Shown: piece by piece, positions 1 through 12,638 of the stretch
How the letters are laid out: every line of letters begins with the position of its first letter
Position numbering within the stretch: the first letter of the stretch is position 1
Source of the DNA: Massalongia carnosa
Taxonomy: Eukaryota
NCBI GenBank assembly: GCA_965645245.1
Contig: OZ287070.1
Span: 1,488,001 to 1,552,000 of the forward strand
Length of the DNA stretch: 64,000 bases
Direction: 5' to 3'
Notes under the pieces: model-generated
Told to the model about the DNA's origin: nothing
Databases searched by the model: none
The model's input: only the letters and a program-made list of their open reading frames with translations
Position numbers and translations under genes: made by a program

Positions 1-1028
1 GGGCAGGTTTCACGGCAAGAGAGCCTGTTAAATACTAACCCGATCAGGAAACGTGGGAGGGTGCGAGGTAATTCCATGACAATGCAGATAGAAGAGGGAG
101 AAATGAAAAAAATTTGATATACCGGAGTTAGCGGACTTTAATGCGGGTGCTTACTAACTAGCGTGTTGCAAATGGGGGTGAATACGAGTAGTTCCGTCTT
201 TGAAAGCAGTCTGGGATGACGAAAACGACATCTAGGCATTAGCTAGCCTGGGGTGATGGAGTACACACAGGGCTTGGCCATGTAAAAACCCAAGACGGCG
301 GATAATTTAAGAGGGATATACTTTGAAAAAGATAGCACAGAGCGGAGTTTCTCGTAGCATCCTTTGTATGCACGCAATCCTGACTTCCTCAACAAAAATA
401 TACGCATAACTCAGAAACGCCTGTAAATCGCAAAAGTCAACTTGTTTAATGTGAAAATCTGCATTATGTATGATGAGCGAGCTCGCTACCATGGATCAGT
501 AGTCAAAAAGTATTTTACAGTAAGAAAGTAAGGAGCAAATACGGTTAAGAAATCATTGCCTGAGCTTAATCATACTATTCTCCATAAAGTATAGAAAAAT
601 AGTGTAATAGGAGAACATGTATCCAGTTTTTTTACCTCCTGAACCGCTTTGCCAGCTTCAGGACGCAGCTAATTCATGCATACATCTAGTATTGGGCTGT
701 AGGGAGTACAGAGTAGGTTCTGTACGTTAAAGATGTTTTCAGGACGCAAAACCTCCGATTGATAGTTAGCTGGGTTTACTCTCCTCAAATTCTTAGAAGG
801 CGTACGTTGGGCAAAGTTTAGATCTAAGGAAGGTGCATCAAGATATATGATGAAAGAAGGGTTTCTATATCAGTTTCAAAAATCACGTGTTTAGGTAGGT
901 AGCACTTGGCCCCAAAGCGAAGTAGTGTGCTAGCGTGTATCTGTGATCACATGATATCCTTTTTCACGTCTTTGGGAATTTGGATTATCGTCAGTCTATG
1001 TCGCTCGAAAAGTTTACTCAACTCCAAT

Positions 1029-1925
1029 ATGAACTCTTTACGTATAGTAGCGCGAGCAGCGTCACGTATTCAGCCCCTGACTTTATCAGTGCGTATTCAG
1101 CGCAGAAGTTATGCTGACGCTGTATCGGATAAGATCCAGCTTACGCTGGCTCTACCTCATCAGGTACTTTGCCAGCTTCCAGAGATCCTTAGGGGAATGC
1201 CATGACTCGGCTGATCTAATCTGAATAACAGTCTATTTACAAATCTAAGGACGTGTAAGTTTCAACGTCAAACTGCATTAATCCATGGACCCGCCCCCCA
1301 TCCCCCCCAAAAGTCGTCGCAACTAATCGGGGCTGGAATGAGTAGAGTACAGGTCAATATCGCGGCTGAATCTGGAGAGATGGGTGTTCTCGCCAATCAT
1401 GTCCCCTCTATAGAGCAATTGAAGCCCGGTTTGGTTGAAATAATCGAGGAAAGTGGCGCTAGCAAACAGTTCTTCTGTACGTTTATACCCTCATACGTCT
1501 CAGCTGTCACCTCTGTATGACTGTGACGAGGATATGTCTTTAGCCTTCCAGACGGCTATGGACTCCATGAAATATCTACTGATCCGAAGAGTTCATCCTT
1601 TAGTATCTGGAGGATTCGCCATCGTACAACCAGGTTCCAAGCTTAGCATTAATGCGGTCGAGGGATTTCCACTTGAGGACTTTAGCGCAGATGTAAGCTT
1701 ATTCTAGAAGTCTCTAATTAACTGAGCTAAGAGGTTCATCCCACAGGCGGTGCGATCACAGATCACAGAGGCTCAAAAGATAGCTGGGGGAGGTGGTAGC
1801 GAGCAAGACGTTGCCGAAGCCAAGGTTGAGCTCGAGGTAAATACCATATACTAAGATTTGCTTGCTCTGAGCGAGAGAGCTAACAAATATAGGTATTGGA
1901 AAGTTTGCAAGCATCGCTCAAGTAG
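1029..1925 (+). CDS. ATP16: Mitochondrial F1F0 ATP synthase delta subunit, 6 exons
   Basis: Spliced reading MNSLRIVARAASRIQ...RRSYADAVSDKIQLTLALPHQ/SIYKSKDV/VQVNIAAESGEMGVLANHVPSIEQLKPGLVEII...SGGFAIVQPGSKLSINAVEGFPLEDFS...EAKVELE/VLESLQASLK*; Arg/Ser-rich presequence; GT-AG introns (first 1164-1231); stop TAG 1923-1925. Confidence 0.95.
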
Positions 1926-2250
1926 GAGTTGCTAGTATATATCTAGACCTGATTGTATATCATGGGATCATACAGATGATTGCTGAAAAGCCCTTACTTG
2001 CTCTTTCTTTGAGCATTCGTGATGTTCCTTCCCTTTCAAGCTACGCTAATCATTGCAAGTGTCCCATGTTACACCTCACTGTTCCCCTTGCAAGCGTCAC
2101 TAGGAGCTGTTCTTTTCGATCTTTATTTCTTAACTGTCACTACAAATGCTTTTCTAAAACATCGTTTAATATCCCTACAACCGCACACTTCAGATATCTA
2201 GCGCCTCTAATGCAGGTCGCTCATTTCCGTGCAACTCCGCCTGCTGCGCC

Positions 2251-4236
2251 ATGAAGGTGCAACAATCGAAGAGTCCAAGTTTACTAGAGCCGTTAACCAT
2301 TCAGAGTCACTCCCTTTATTGTGAGGCAAGAGGGCCTATTGTCAAAGAAGGATTCGTTGCAGGACGTGTTCATGCCATTCAAGGAGGGTGTAATAAGCCA
2401 TGGGTTTCTTCGTGGTCTCATTCTCCAATGACTGCCTGTCCGATAAATTCGAGACTCCAGAAATACGAGTCATACTCTCTACCTAGACCACAAACACTTT
2501 CAAAGGCCCATCGACGCCCGTCCGTTTTATCCGAAAAAAAATCTTACTGTAGCTTTACTAAGCCGCATCCTTTGGATGGTCCCCAACCTTGGCGGAGGAA
2601 ATTGACTGATGATAGCTCTTCGAGACCTGTGAATGGTATTGAGGTCCGAAAGAGTTGTTCTGTAGGGGATACTCAAACACCAGGCCAAGCGCGCTCTCAG
2701 ACTTCTGTGAAAGCACACATCGTTCATCAAGGTACCCATGAAGATTTAGGTATCGGCGGGGATCAGCGGGCTCAACAAAATATTCATGATGCAAGACTAA
2801 CACTAGTAAAAAAGCAATTGAGAAGCAAAGATGACCGGAACACGGACGTAGAAGTCCATGAAAGCCGCGCAAGCCAAGTCTTAGGAGATGATATAAATAT
2901 CGGAGAGCGAGCTCACCCTCCCAAAGGTTGCATTGCCGAGGAACTCGATCGTATATCTAGTTTTGCCCCAGACAGATACTTGGATGCCAAAAGCAGGTCC
3001 AGCAGTACCCTTTCTACCAGCCGTCGACATCTTACCAATTCTAGCGAGGGCGCAAAATCTCGAAGGGACCTTGCGCCGCACCTGAAGTTGTCTTCCCAGA
3101 GTGATTTATTCTTACCTCCCATTACCAAAACTAGTGCCACGGCGCTTTACTCCGCCAAAAAAGGTGTATCAGCATCACTTGAGGAACGGTCTCGACCGAA
3201 AAAGTATCAAATTCAAAAGCAGCAGGGGGTCTCTCGCACTCCTTCAGAAGATTCTATAATTCAGGAGTTATCAAGGACTAAAGAGTCTGTTTCTCAATCT
3301 CCGACGTTCCCAGGGCAAATTAGACAGGCTTTTACTCTGCAACTTTCGAACCATCCTCCAAACATCCACTCTGATCCGATAGAGCTTCGACCCCTTTCGA
3401 TAGGCTCTTTTACGAATGAGATCAAGCATCGGCATACCTCCATTTCTCCTACTCCGATCAGACCTAGCACCCTGTCCGACTTAGGCAAGCGTGACAGCCC
3501 TAACGTCACGAGTAAATCACTCCGTTCTTCCTCCTCTACTCTGCCCACCTTTGCAGACTGTGCATTTGTAGACACAGCAATAAAGCCTGCATCCGTATTG
3601 TCTGGTGCGCAATTGTTGCAAGGGCGCAGAAGATGGAGCTGGTGGAAATTAGTCCTTGCCGACAAACAAGCGGCAGCCAAAACGATGTCTTCCAAAAACC
3701 TGGACCAAATGAACTCGTTGGCGATCGAGAAAGAAGACCCAATCAAGGCGAAATCACGAGCAGTTCAGAACATTGCACCTAGGCTACTTACAAAGAGCCC
3801 CGGGCAACCCACCAGCAAGCCCCGTCTGGCTATCATAAAAGTAGACGATGAAACCCAACAGAAAGATGCATTCAGAAAGGCTAAAAATACACCCAAACCC
3901 AAAGAAACCCGAAACTATGAGCTTTCGGAGCCAACAATCGACTCAGGTACCTTCTCAATCCATGCAGCGCCCGAGCCTGAACCCCCAGTCTTGCATCAGC
4001 CAAGACCCCAAAGACATCACCTGTGCGAATGGGTCACCAAATATCCTTTGGAACCGCCCTCGGATGGCTACTCCGGCTCTACGTCGCCGGCTCAGTTGCG
4101 AAGGGAGAGCTCAAGTGGATCTCTCAAGCCGGGGAGAGGGCAACAAGTCAAGCGCGTCCAGGTCATTGTTAGCTTGGATGGGCCGGCAGATATGGTGGTT
4201 CAGGCTAGGATAGAAAGGAAGAGGAAGGGGTTCTGA
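2251..4236 (+). CDS. Hypothetical Ser/Pro/Lys-rich protein (661 aa, probably largely disordered)
   Basis: Single uninterrupted 661-codon ORF; no recognisable domain; short ordered-looking motifs RRRWSWWKLVL and VKRVQVIVSLDG; true start uncertain. Confidence 0.65.
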   Translation: MKVQQSKSPSLLEPLTIQSHSLYCEARGPIVKEGFVAGRVHAIQGGCNKPWVSSWSHSPMTACPINSRLQKYESYSLPRPQTLSKAHRRPSVLSEKKSYCSFTKPHPLDGPQPWRRKLTDDSSSRPVNGIEVRKSCSVGDTQTPGQARSQTSVKAHIVHQGTHEDLGIGGDQRAQQNIHDARLTLVKKQLRSKDDRNTDVEVHESRASQVLGDDINIGERAHPPKGCIAEELDRISSFAPDRYLDAKSRSSSTLSTSRRHLTNSSEGAKSRRDLAPHLKLSSQSDLFLPPITKTSATALYSAKKGVSASLEERSRPKKYQIQKQQGVSRTPSEDSIIQELSRTKESVSQSPTFPGQIRQAFTLQLSNHPPNIHSDPIELRPLSIGSFTNEIKHRHTSISPTPIRPSTLSDLGKRDSPNVTSKSLRSSSSTLPTFADCAFVDTAIKPASVLSGAQLLQGRRRWSWWKLVLADKQAAAKTMSSKNLDQMNSLAIEKEDPIKAKSRAVQNIAPRLLTKSPGQPTSKPRLAIIKVDDETQQKDAFRKAKNTPKPKETRNYELSEPTIDSGTFSIHAAPEPEPPVLHQPRPQRHHLCEWVTKYPLEPPSDGYSGSTSPAQLRRESSSGSLKPGRGQQVKRVQVIVSLDGPADMVVQARIERKRKGF

Positions 4237-4866
4237 GGGAGGGCTTTACCGGGTTTAAGGATGGCAGGAGGAGCGGTGGTTATTGTAAGGGTTTGAGGAT
4301 AAAGAATCTGGAGAGGGGTAGCATTGATGCCGGGACTGTCTGATAATAATGCCTTAATGTGCAAAGATGCTGGTTGGAAAATCCGCTCATTGGCTTCTTC
4401 CAAATTCGCAGCTTAAGACTTCCAACGGTGCCTTGGCGCCCATCGACAACATGGTATTCCCAAACGCTAGATTTCCCAATCCCTTGCTTTTGCACCAGCT
4501 GGTGTGACAGAAATCACCGGCAACAATGGCTTCGAGTGGAAGGTGAATCTATTCTGGTTGGGATTTGCAAAGCATCAAAGCGGAAGCTATTTAGAGATTG
4601 CACACGCGCGCGCGCTCTCTCTTTCTCTTTATCTCTCTCCCTCGCCTCTCTCGCGGTACACAACCCTCTTATCTTGGCGGGATGATAGTCACATAAGTCT
4701 TTATCATCAAGACTGAAATAACGGGCGAAGTTTCCCTTCCGGTGATTTTGCATCAGGAGGAACTGTGTCATGGAGCAGTTCGGCCTAGACCATCAGTTTC
4801 ATCAACGCCCTGAAGTGAAGCACCATCACAGCATAAAGTCATAGGGTGTGAAGTTGTTTCAACATT

Positions 4867-5622
4867 TTACCCATGATACAAATCCTCTGGGTCAACCCTA
4901 TGGTTTTCCCCATCCTCCCTGATGTATTGGAGCTTCTTGTCTCTACTGAGCGGCTTGCGCATATCAAAGGCATCTTCGCCTGCCTTTTTGCCAGTGGGAT
5001 CATCACTGTAATAATCGACCACTCGCCGGAAAACGCTGTAGCTATTATGCCGCAGTCCTTGTCAGTTACAAGAACGTAGGTACTCATAGCAAGCAACAGC
5101 AGCAAAAAGCAAGCATGAGGGATAAACACAGGAGCGTATCTGAAAAACGTACCCTAATCCTCTATACAGACCCACAGCTGTTTCGTTGCCTTCACGCACG
5201 AAGAGATCGACGAACCACGCGTTCTGCTCCTCGCAGCCCCTCTCCAAAGCTCCGGTCAAGCTTTTGGCGAGGCCCAGTCTTCGGTATTGAGGCGCGACGG
5301 TGAGGGCGGTGACATGGCCATGCCATGGTAGATAGTTGTTCATAAATTGGACATATGGGGGATCTTCCTCCACTTTGCCCATCACTGCGATTGCGACATA
5401 AGTTAGCCAAGTCATTCGGCCTGAGGAGCAATGGTGATGGCATAATGACTTACTGTAGCCAATTATGTTGCCGTCCTGGTCTTCGGCCACGGTGAAGAGT
5501 GACGGCCATTTGATCAGGTAGTGCAAGTAGAAGTCGATATTGTAGTTCTCGGTCAGAGGATCGAGGTTGGTGAGGTTGGTCCTTAGAAGGTCCTGAGGCC
5601 GAAATGCGCGGAGAGAAGTCAT
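4867..5622 (-). CDS. NAT3: N-terminal acetyltransferase B catalytic subunit (GNAT family), 3 exons
   Basis: MTSLRAFRPQDLLRTNLTNLDPLTENY...YLIKWPSLF; WHGHVTALTVAPQYRRLGLA; FVDLFVREGN; last exon YSVFRRVVDYYSDDP...EDAFDMRKPLSRD; stop at 4867-4869. Confidence 0.93.
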
Positions 5623-5787
5623 TGTTGGTGGTGGTGGTGGGTAAGGGTCCCCATATGCTGTGGTGTGAACAACATAAGTCACTTCCGACCCACAAGTAAT
5701 CTTTTGCGCCAATATAAATCTGTAATCATATGTATTGGTTGCTTCACTAAACTCCATCGATTATAGCTGGCGCATCTATGCATCTAA

Positions 5788-7097
5788 ATGATCCATGTCA
5801 TAATGGATCCATCCCCTCGCACGCCAGCCCCCCGGCAGCGACCAACACGACTTGACGTCTCTCCCCCATCCAGCCCGCAAAGCAATGGCTACAGTCCTCA
5901 GCTGGACAACTCCAATCCTCGACGACCAACCCATAGCCACGCTTCCTCCTACTCCATCCCCTCGCCTTCTACGCCCTGGCCAAGATCGTCAATTGGCGGG
6001 CGGGACAGTTTCGGTGGCATCAATGGATTCGGCGGGGTGCTGGATTCAGGGAACGGGCTTGGCAACCTCGCGGACGAATTGGCGGAAGCATGCGAAGATG
6101 ATAATAATGATGATGCGGATGGGGGAGGGGTACAGGAGACGGCCTGCAAGGGCCATACTCCAATGCAACAATACTCGCGCAAAAGCTTGCAAAAGAATGG
6201 CGGATCTGGCTGTCGAGAACCTCCGGAGCCGTCCGGTCTACTGTTAAGTCCCATCAAGCAGCCGGTACGCTCTAGACACCGTCGCAAAGACTCCCATTAC
6301 GACTACTCCGACTTTGAAGAGGACTCCGAGCTCTTGGACTTGACAGGCATCCCCCCTTCACTCGAGGCGAGGCTGGCCGCCGTGGAAAGCTTGGCTTGCC
6401 GAGGCACGGAATTAGACGGCGGTGAGGGCGACATAATTGTTCAACGAGTCGCCGACTCGCTCAAAGATCTCGCCTCTCAGTCCGGTCTTGAGCAGGGCAC
6501 CACAAGGCAAGCGTTAATTATCTATCACCCGCCCCATCCTCGTAAAACTCTGCGAAGCTAATGCCTAACTCCAGACTCATCACCGCCCATACAGCACTAA
6601 CGGCACACATCTCGCAACAAACCCATCTTCTGCAAACCCTTTCCCACCCCTTCATCTCTCCGCTTGCCCTGCTCCCCGAGCCCTCTTCCATCGACGAGAT
6701 TATCCCCTTGCTTGCTTCCCTGCCCTCGCTCCTCCCGACGCCAAACCCGCAATCCCTGACCTCCATGCTGCACCTTCATGCTTCCACCACCGACCTGCTC
6801 GTCACGCTGTCTGCTCTCTCCGACAACCTGCACATGGCGCGGCAGACAGCGACGCTTGCCTCCAGGCGGCTGCGCGCGGTCAGGGAGATGGTCCAGGAGC
6901 TGAGACGGGAGGCGGTGATACGGGAAGAAGGCGTGCGGTGGGTGGAAGTTGGGCGGTGGAACGAGCGGTTGGCTGGGAGGGAGTCCGCACGGGTGTGTAG
7001 AGAGGTGGTTAGGGGCTTTGAGGAGGTGTGCAACGGATGGAGGGAACGGTTGATTGGGGATGAAACCGGTACAGTAGGATTAGAGGTGGGCGCTTGA
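5788..7097 (+). CDS. Hypothetical fungal protein, 2 exons, helical C-terminal region
   Basis: ORFs 5788-6561 and 6561-7097 join in frame through an intron ending CAG at 6574 (branch GCTAAT); motifs GLGNLADELAEA and REVVRGFEEVCNGWRERL. Confidence 0.75.
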
Positions 7098-7519
7098 TGA
7101 TTCATCAGGGCATTTGTCGATTTTGTGGATTTTTAATGGCTTGGCGGCGGCGATGGACGGGACGTTGCTGCATTTTTTGGGGTGGGTGGCTTAGAAAATC
7201 TAAACAGATCTTACAGTAACCTATGCATATTAAAGGTCAGTATCATGGAGTATACTCCCCAAGCGTGGATACTGTGTAATGAAAACTTTTGCTACATTTG
7301 TTCCCGCTACCTGATTATCTAGAGCAAATAAGTGGAAATTCCTTTGGATAAGACAAGTGCACGATCCGAAGTGGACTCGCGAAATCCCTCTTAATTCTCC
7401 TTACACATGGTTGCAGTCTCCATTCCTGGTGGACCAACTTCTCCAGGTTTGTAATACAGTCTAAGAAACCAACCTCAAGCAGGCAAAGCTTGGTGTCGCG
7501 CTTTGCACGTTCCGTCCTA

Positions 7520-10500
7520 CTAAGCACCCTTGTTCCGCAAGTGAACCGGCACATACTTGCCAGCCGCCGGAGCCGCGTTTGCGGCGGGACTGTCCGACCG
7601 GGCGGGGACAGACCCGTCCCTCTGGAGGCCCGTTCCAAGCTTCGAAGAGCTGGGCCCATCGGCGGGAGACCTGTCTCTTAGCCCGCTGGCCACATCCGGT
7701 CTACGACGTATAGAATCTGTGTAGCGCGGAGGGATGCTATCAGCAGCCGGGGATCCATCACGGCCGGAGTGTTCGCGGGCCCGCCATCGAACGGGTGCAT
7801 CTCCTCCCCCAGAGCTCTCGTCATGAGGTGTTGAAGAAGCTTCAGCCTCAGCTCGGCCGCGGGGAGCAGCATTACCTCGTTTGGCCGGTGGCACATAGCC
7901 TGAGGTTTTCCTCGGTAGCTGAGCTTCCGCAGCAGATGTAACAGAGGGAGGAGCTACGATTGGAGCTTGAGAGCTAGCAGCGGCTCCTGCTTCTGCTTCT
8001 TTCTGAGTCTGTCGTTCCCTCCATGTTGGTTTGTTGCCTGCAAGAGCCAGACGTGGAGGTCCGGACTGTCGATCTGAGGAGTCAGCTCGTATTGGCGCCG
8101 TTGTACGTTCAGGTAGCCTAGTCCCGGATTTCTTTGCCTGTAGCTTAACTTCGGCTTCTTCTTCTCGTTTGCGTTGAATCGCCGCTTTCTCATCCAGTTC
8201 CCTAATGCTACTGTTAGATCATGAACACATATGGTAAAAATTTAATATGAAGCGTACTTTCTCTCCGCGTCTCTTTTCGCCTTAGCCTCCGCCAGTTTCC
8301 GCTTCTTCTCTTCTTCCTCTAGTGCCTTCTGCTCTGCCTCTTTTGCAATCCGTTCTTCTTCATCTCTAGCACGTTTTTCTGCTTCATCACGTTCCCTCTG
8401 CTCTCGAGCTTTTCTCTCCCTCTCGCTACGTTTCCGCTTCTCCACTGCATTTTGATACTCTCTATCTGCATTCTTCCTCCGCTTCTCGAATTCCTCGTGA
8501 CGTCGTTCTTCGAGATCGCTTCGGAACTGTTCGTAGACGGGTAAAAGGCGACTAAGGCGATGCTTCAGAGCTACATCCACCTTATGTTTTCGCTCTGATT
8601 CCCTCAATGACTCCTCTTTCAATTTCTCATAGGAGGTAATATCTCTGACCCGCTGCGATTCATAATCTTTTGGCAAAAGCTTGATCTCCTCTTTCCTGAA
8701 CGCCCGCTCAAGATGATCAATACGTTTGCCAGTGACTCGCAGATTTTTGTATAGATCATTTTTTTCTTTTTCAAGTTGGGATATTCTAAGCAATCGAAGG
8801 CGATTACTATCGAGGTCATCAAGGTCGACATCACCGATATTGATACCCTTCTTGATGAGATCGTTCAGTTCTTTCTCATTGTTCTCGCGGCGTATCCGAT
8901 CTTGCTCATCTTTGAGACGCTTGCGCTCACGCTCCTTATGCTCTTCGGCAAGTCTTAAGCTTTCGGCTTCTTGACGTTGCTGAACAAGGATACGTTTACG
9001 AGTTTCCTCCTCTTTTTGTTTTTTCTGCAGTGCGTCCGAAGCAAGCTCCTTTTTCTTCTCTATTATGGCACGTCTTGCTAAAGTCTCCTGGTGCTCTTGT
9101 TCAGCGCCTGCTTGTGCCCTTGAGAGCGCTGCAGCTTTGGCTTGTTGACGCGTTTCGTTGTATTCGGGATCAACATACTGACACGTAACGTAGAGGGTTT
9201 TCGCAAGGCGAGTGAGCTGGGACCGAACGATTTCCGCTGGAGTGCGTTGTAGCCGCTGTATCGAGCTTGTCTCCGTTTCTGCAGAGCCTCCACCGCTCCC
9301 AGGATGCAAGGCCTTTACGGCTGAAAACACGTCAGAGTCGAAAGTCAGGACTCCGGTAACATGATCCACCCGGATTGCTAGATCACCCTTCTTGCACCCG
9401 TTCATGATGAACTTTTCAATCGTGCTGGAAGTCACCTGGAAAGGATCGGGGAATTCGGCAAGCTGGTGGACAAAGCCTAGTTCTACTGACTCATAAACTT
9501 GTGACAGTTGTTGAAACAGCCTGGTCAAAATAACTTGCTGCAAAGGCAGGACGTATTTCTCCATCTCTAGATCAGCGCCAATCTGTGTAAGAATCGGGGA
9601 TATCTTCTTGCATATGGACAGGGGGTGGAAGTCGACTTCTAGAATCTGATACAATTCTCGGATCTCCGGTTTTGCTCGTTTGAGTAGGCCTTTACTCATA
9701 GCATCCTTGAAAAGCACAGCTCTTGTTGGAGCCTGAGACATGCCGAGGAGATTGGTCAGACGATTATTCTTGTTCTTTCGAGCCTCGTCAATATCTATCA
9801 ATGCTCCTCTGGACCGTGAAGTACTAATAACGGGGATGGACAATGCGGATAATAAAACAAAAGATGCAGCTCGGCTCATATCCCCTTCAGTAACTGCTGG
9901 GTTGTCTTTCTTTAAACTTTGGCCAGAAGCTACAGTACTCGCCGATTGGCGAAGCAGGCTGTAATACCTGCTCCATGCAGCCGCGTGAAACAGGTAGTTT
10001 TCACTAACAAGAAAGATTCGGGTAAGTTTCTCGTAGTAGTTGGCCATCATGACATTTTTCGCTGGGCGTTTGCTCAAACTGAGAAGGGTGTGAATATCTT
10101 CCACACTGCGGAAAGCTTCCTGCCACAGCTCAAGTTCCACTGCCACATTCAACTGCTGAAAACGTGTATCAAGGTGGCGTTGTAATGTATCTGGGTCGCT
10201 CAGGTTTATTGCATGCATTTGCGACTGATATTTGGCTGCATTTTGAACGTGATTTCGGAGAAGCTCGCAGAGCCGTCGAAATTCGGTCTTTCGTACATAC
10301 TTCTGGCAGAACTGAAAAGCCTGAAGAGCCGTTGCTTGATACATAACCTCCAGTCGAGCATTATTCTTCAAAATTTCCAGAACCGTCCGATATGTTTCCC
10401 ACAGAAACTTCAACCAAGGTGTAACGATTGCCCTATCGGTACGATCTCTCGATTGTTCACCAGAAACGGTAGACAATAAAATGGACTCTGGGGTCTCGAT

Positions 10501-11031
10501 GGCTTCAAGATCCTCAACATTTGCACCGGTGGCGTTAGGCTCGAGGCTAGATTGAACCTCATCAGCCTTTGCCTGTGCTTCTGTAACCTTTTGCTCCGCA
10601 AGCTCAATGAACCGTTTGAGAACGAGCTAAGGTTGCAGGTTAGGTTAGCCAAGGCCTTTGGACGATGACAAGACGAAAAGCTACACACCTCAATAGTCCC
10701 AACATTGGTATTTTGAGCAGTGTTCTTATATTGATAAAGTCCATCTTTGGCAAGCTTACCCTTCTTAAGATCGACGCAGAGCTCGACGAAAAGTATCATC
10801 ACAAGCTCAAGGGACGTAATAGGACTATTTCGCGATCTTTTGGACGTGACATGTTCATATAGAATAGTGAGTGCAGCATTCGACTGCTCAACCGCAATGA
10901 GCTCTTGAGCTCGCTACAAGTGTATCAAGCATTAGTGTTACGGCTAGTCGAGGTCCATGAACATAGTAAGGTCAAGGGATGAGGCTTACCTTGAAAACAT
11001 TCTCAGGCTTGGTATGCGGAGGAGGAGGCAT
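7520..11031 (-). CDS. TIF32: Eukaryotic translation initiation factor 3 subunit A (eIF3a), 4 exons
   Basis: [14 protein letters not shown] start; [49 protein letters not shown] region; charged coiled coil; C-terminal GKYVPVHLR. Confidence 0.97.
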
Positions 11032-11398
11032 GCTGGGCAGCCTTGTATTAGCTCTGACTTGGTCAGGTCCGTCGTGAAAGAAAAGACTAGGTCGAGATCA
11101 GAGGGAGTTGATGTGGATGATATTGTCATGTGAAGCGCAAATTTGTGCGAATTCAGACGACTCAGCCCTAAGGGGATATCATGTGACGGGCGAGTTTCTT
11201 AACCGGGCGAGCCAGTCATGTGACCTTAGCGGAACGTACCGAGGGTCTGGGCTGGCACCTGCACGACCTGATATCCACAAGCTGCCTTACCTGCCTAGGT
11301 ACTCACCTTTCTACCCTATCGCTCGCTTTCTTTTCGCCTTCGCATCTTAACGCATTGATCTTCACTATCTATCACTTTCGTCCAACGCAATTGATGAG

Positions 11399-11861
11399 AT
11401 GCCAGCCGCAGCATACGAAATTCGGGCCGGGGGGGATGTAAGGAACAAGAAACAGTCCATGGCCGACCTAAAACTACGTCGGTTGAACGAGCTCAATTCG
11501 CGACTGAAAGAAGATCTGGAGCGACCTCGAATCCGAGTCTCCGAAGCATCAATGTCGTAAGACTTACTTTCTCCCATATGGGAACGTTGGCAGCACTCCG
11601 ACGTGTTTGCCGTTAGAAAGGCTGACCCTGACACCCCCAGATTGATACAATACTGCGCCAATACGAAGGATTTTATGGTTCCGTCGATATGGGGTTCAGT
11701 GAGTGTTTTCATTCTCACTCTAGTTCTTGTTGATAGGCGCAATCATCGCCGAGACCTGGTGGCATCTGGATTGTACTGACTTGATGCGCAACCTCCAGGT
11801 TGACAAGCGCGAGGACCCATACGCACCACAACAATCAGGCGGGTGCTGTTCGGTCATGTAA
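11399..11861 (+). CDS. gpgA: Heterotrimeric G-protein gamma subunit, 3 exons
   Basis: [92 protein letters not shown]; ends in CCAAX prenylation motif; not present as one ORF in the track. Confidence 0.95.
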
Positions 11862-12638
11862 AGCAACTCTCTATCACTTGTCGATCTGGCGTTCCATGGT
11901 TTTCTGCGTTGCTCCCTTAAATCCTGTTCCTCGATACTACATTCCCGCTTTCCACCCTCATCGGCATGGCCGCTCGGCTACATCGATCTACTTGTTGGCA
12001 TCTTCGCGACGGATGGACAGGGAAAAGGATAAAGCTGGATAGACCAGATCGTTTGTGTATCCTCTATTTCTGTTTTCGCCTGTTGATGGATTGCATCTCT
12101 CGTGGGCCCAAAGAAGCACTTGTATAGTACGGATGGATTCCGCCAACACGACAAGGCACATCGGAAGCTACTCCAGGGAGCCTCTTTTCAGTTTTGGTCT
12201 ACGGGGACTTTGCCATCTGTGTACCAGCAAGTTTTCCTTCGGTGTGTTTATGGCGGCGTTCTACAAAGTTTTCTAATTCACGCTGTGGAGAAAAGCCTCC
12301 TTCTGGTGGATGATACGGATGCGAAAGCACCGAGACTGCTTTTTTTGAGCCTTCTCGGCGCTTCGATATAATCTGTAGATATTCTCTCAGCGATCAATCA
12401 ATCAATACCTATTCCAATTTAAAGGTCCTCGAAATCATAAGAAACATGTGGTGTAGCTTCATGAATATCCTCGTATCGCTCCAAACCCTATCAACAACGT
12501 ACCCAAGCCTGATACATTTTCACCTATTTGCCAAGCAGCATACCTGTTCCTTCATAGATCCAGCCTCCCTGGTGCGACGCTTAGGTCTCAATCGTAACTT
12601 GAGCCACTCGCATTCATCTTTCCCTATATGCACTTGAC

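Noticed and set aside
30..80. Possible first exon of a minus-strand gene (MELPRTLPRFLI then GTTAGT)
   Set aside because: Too short and cut by the window edge
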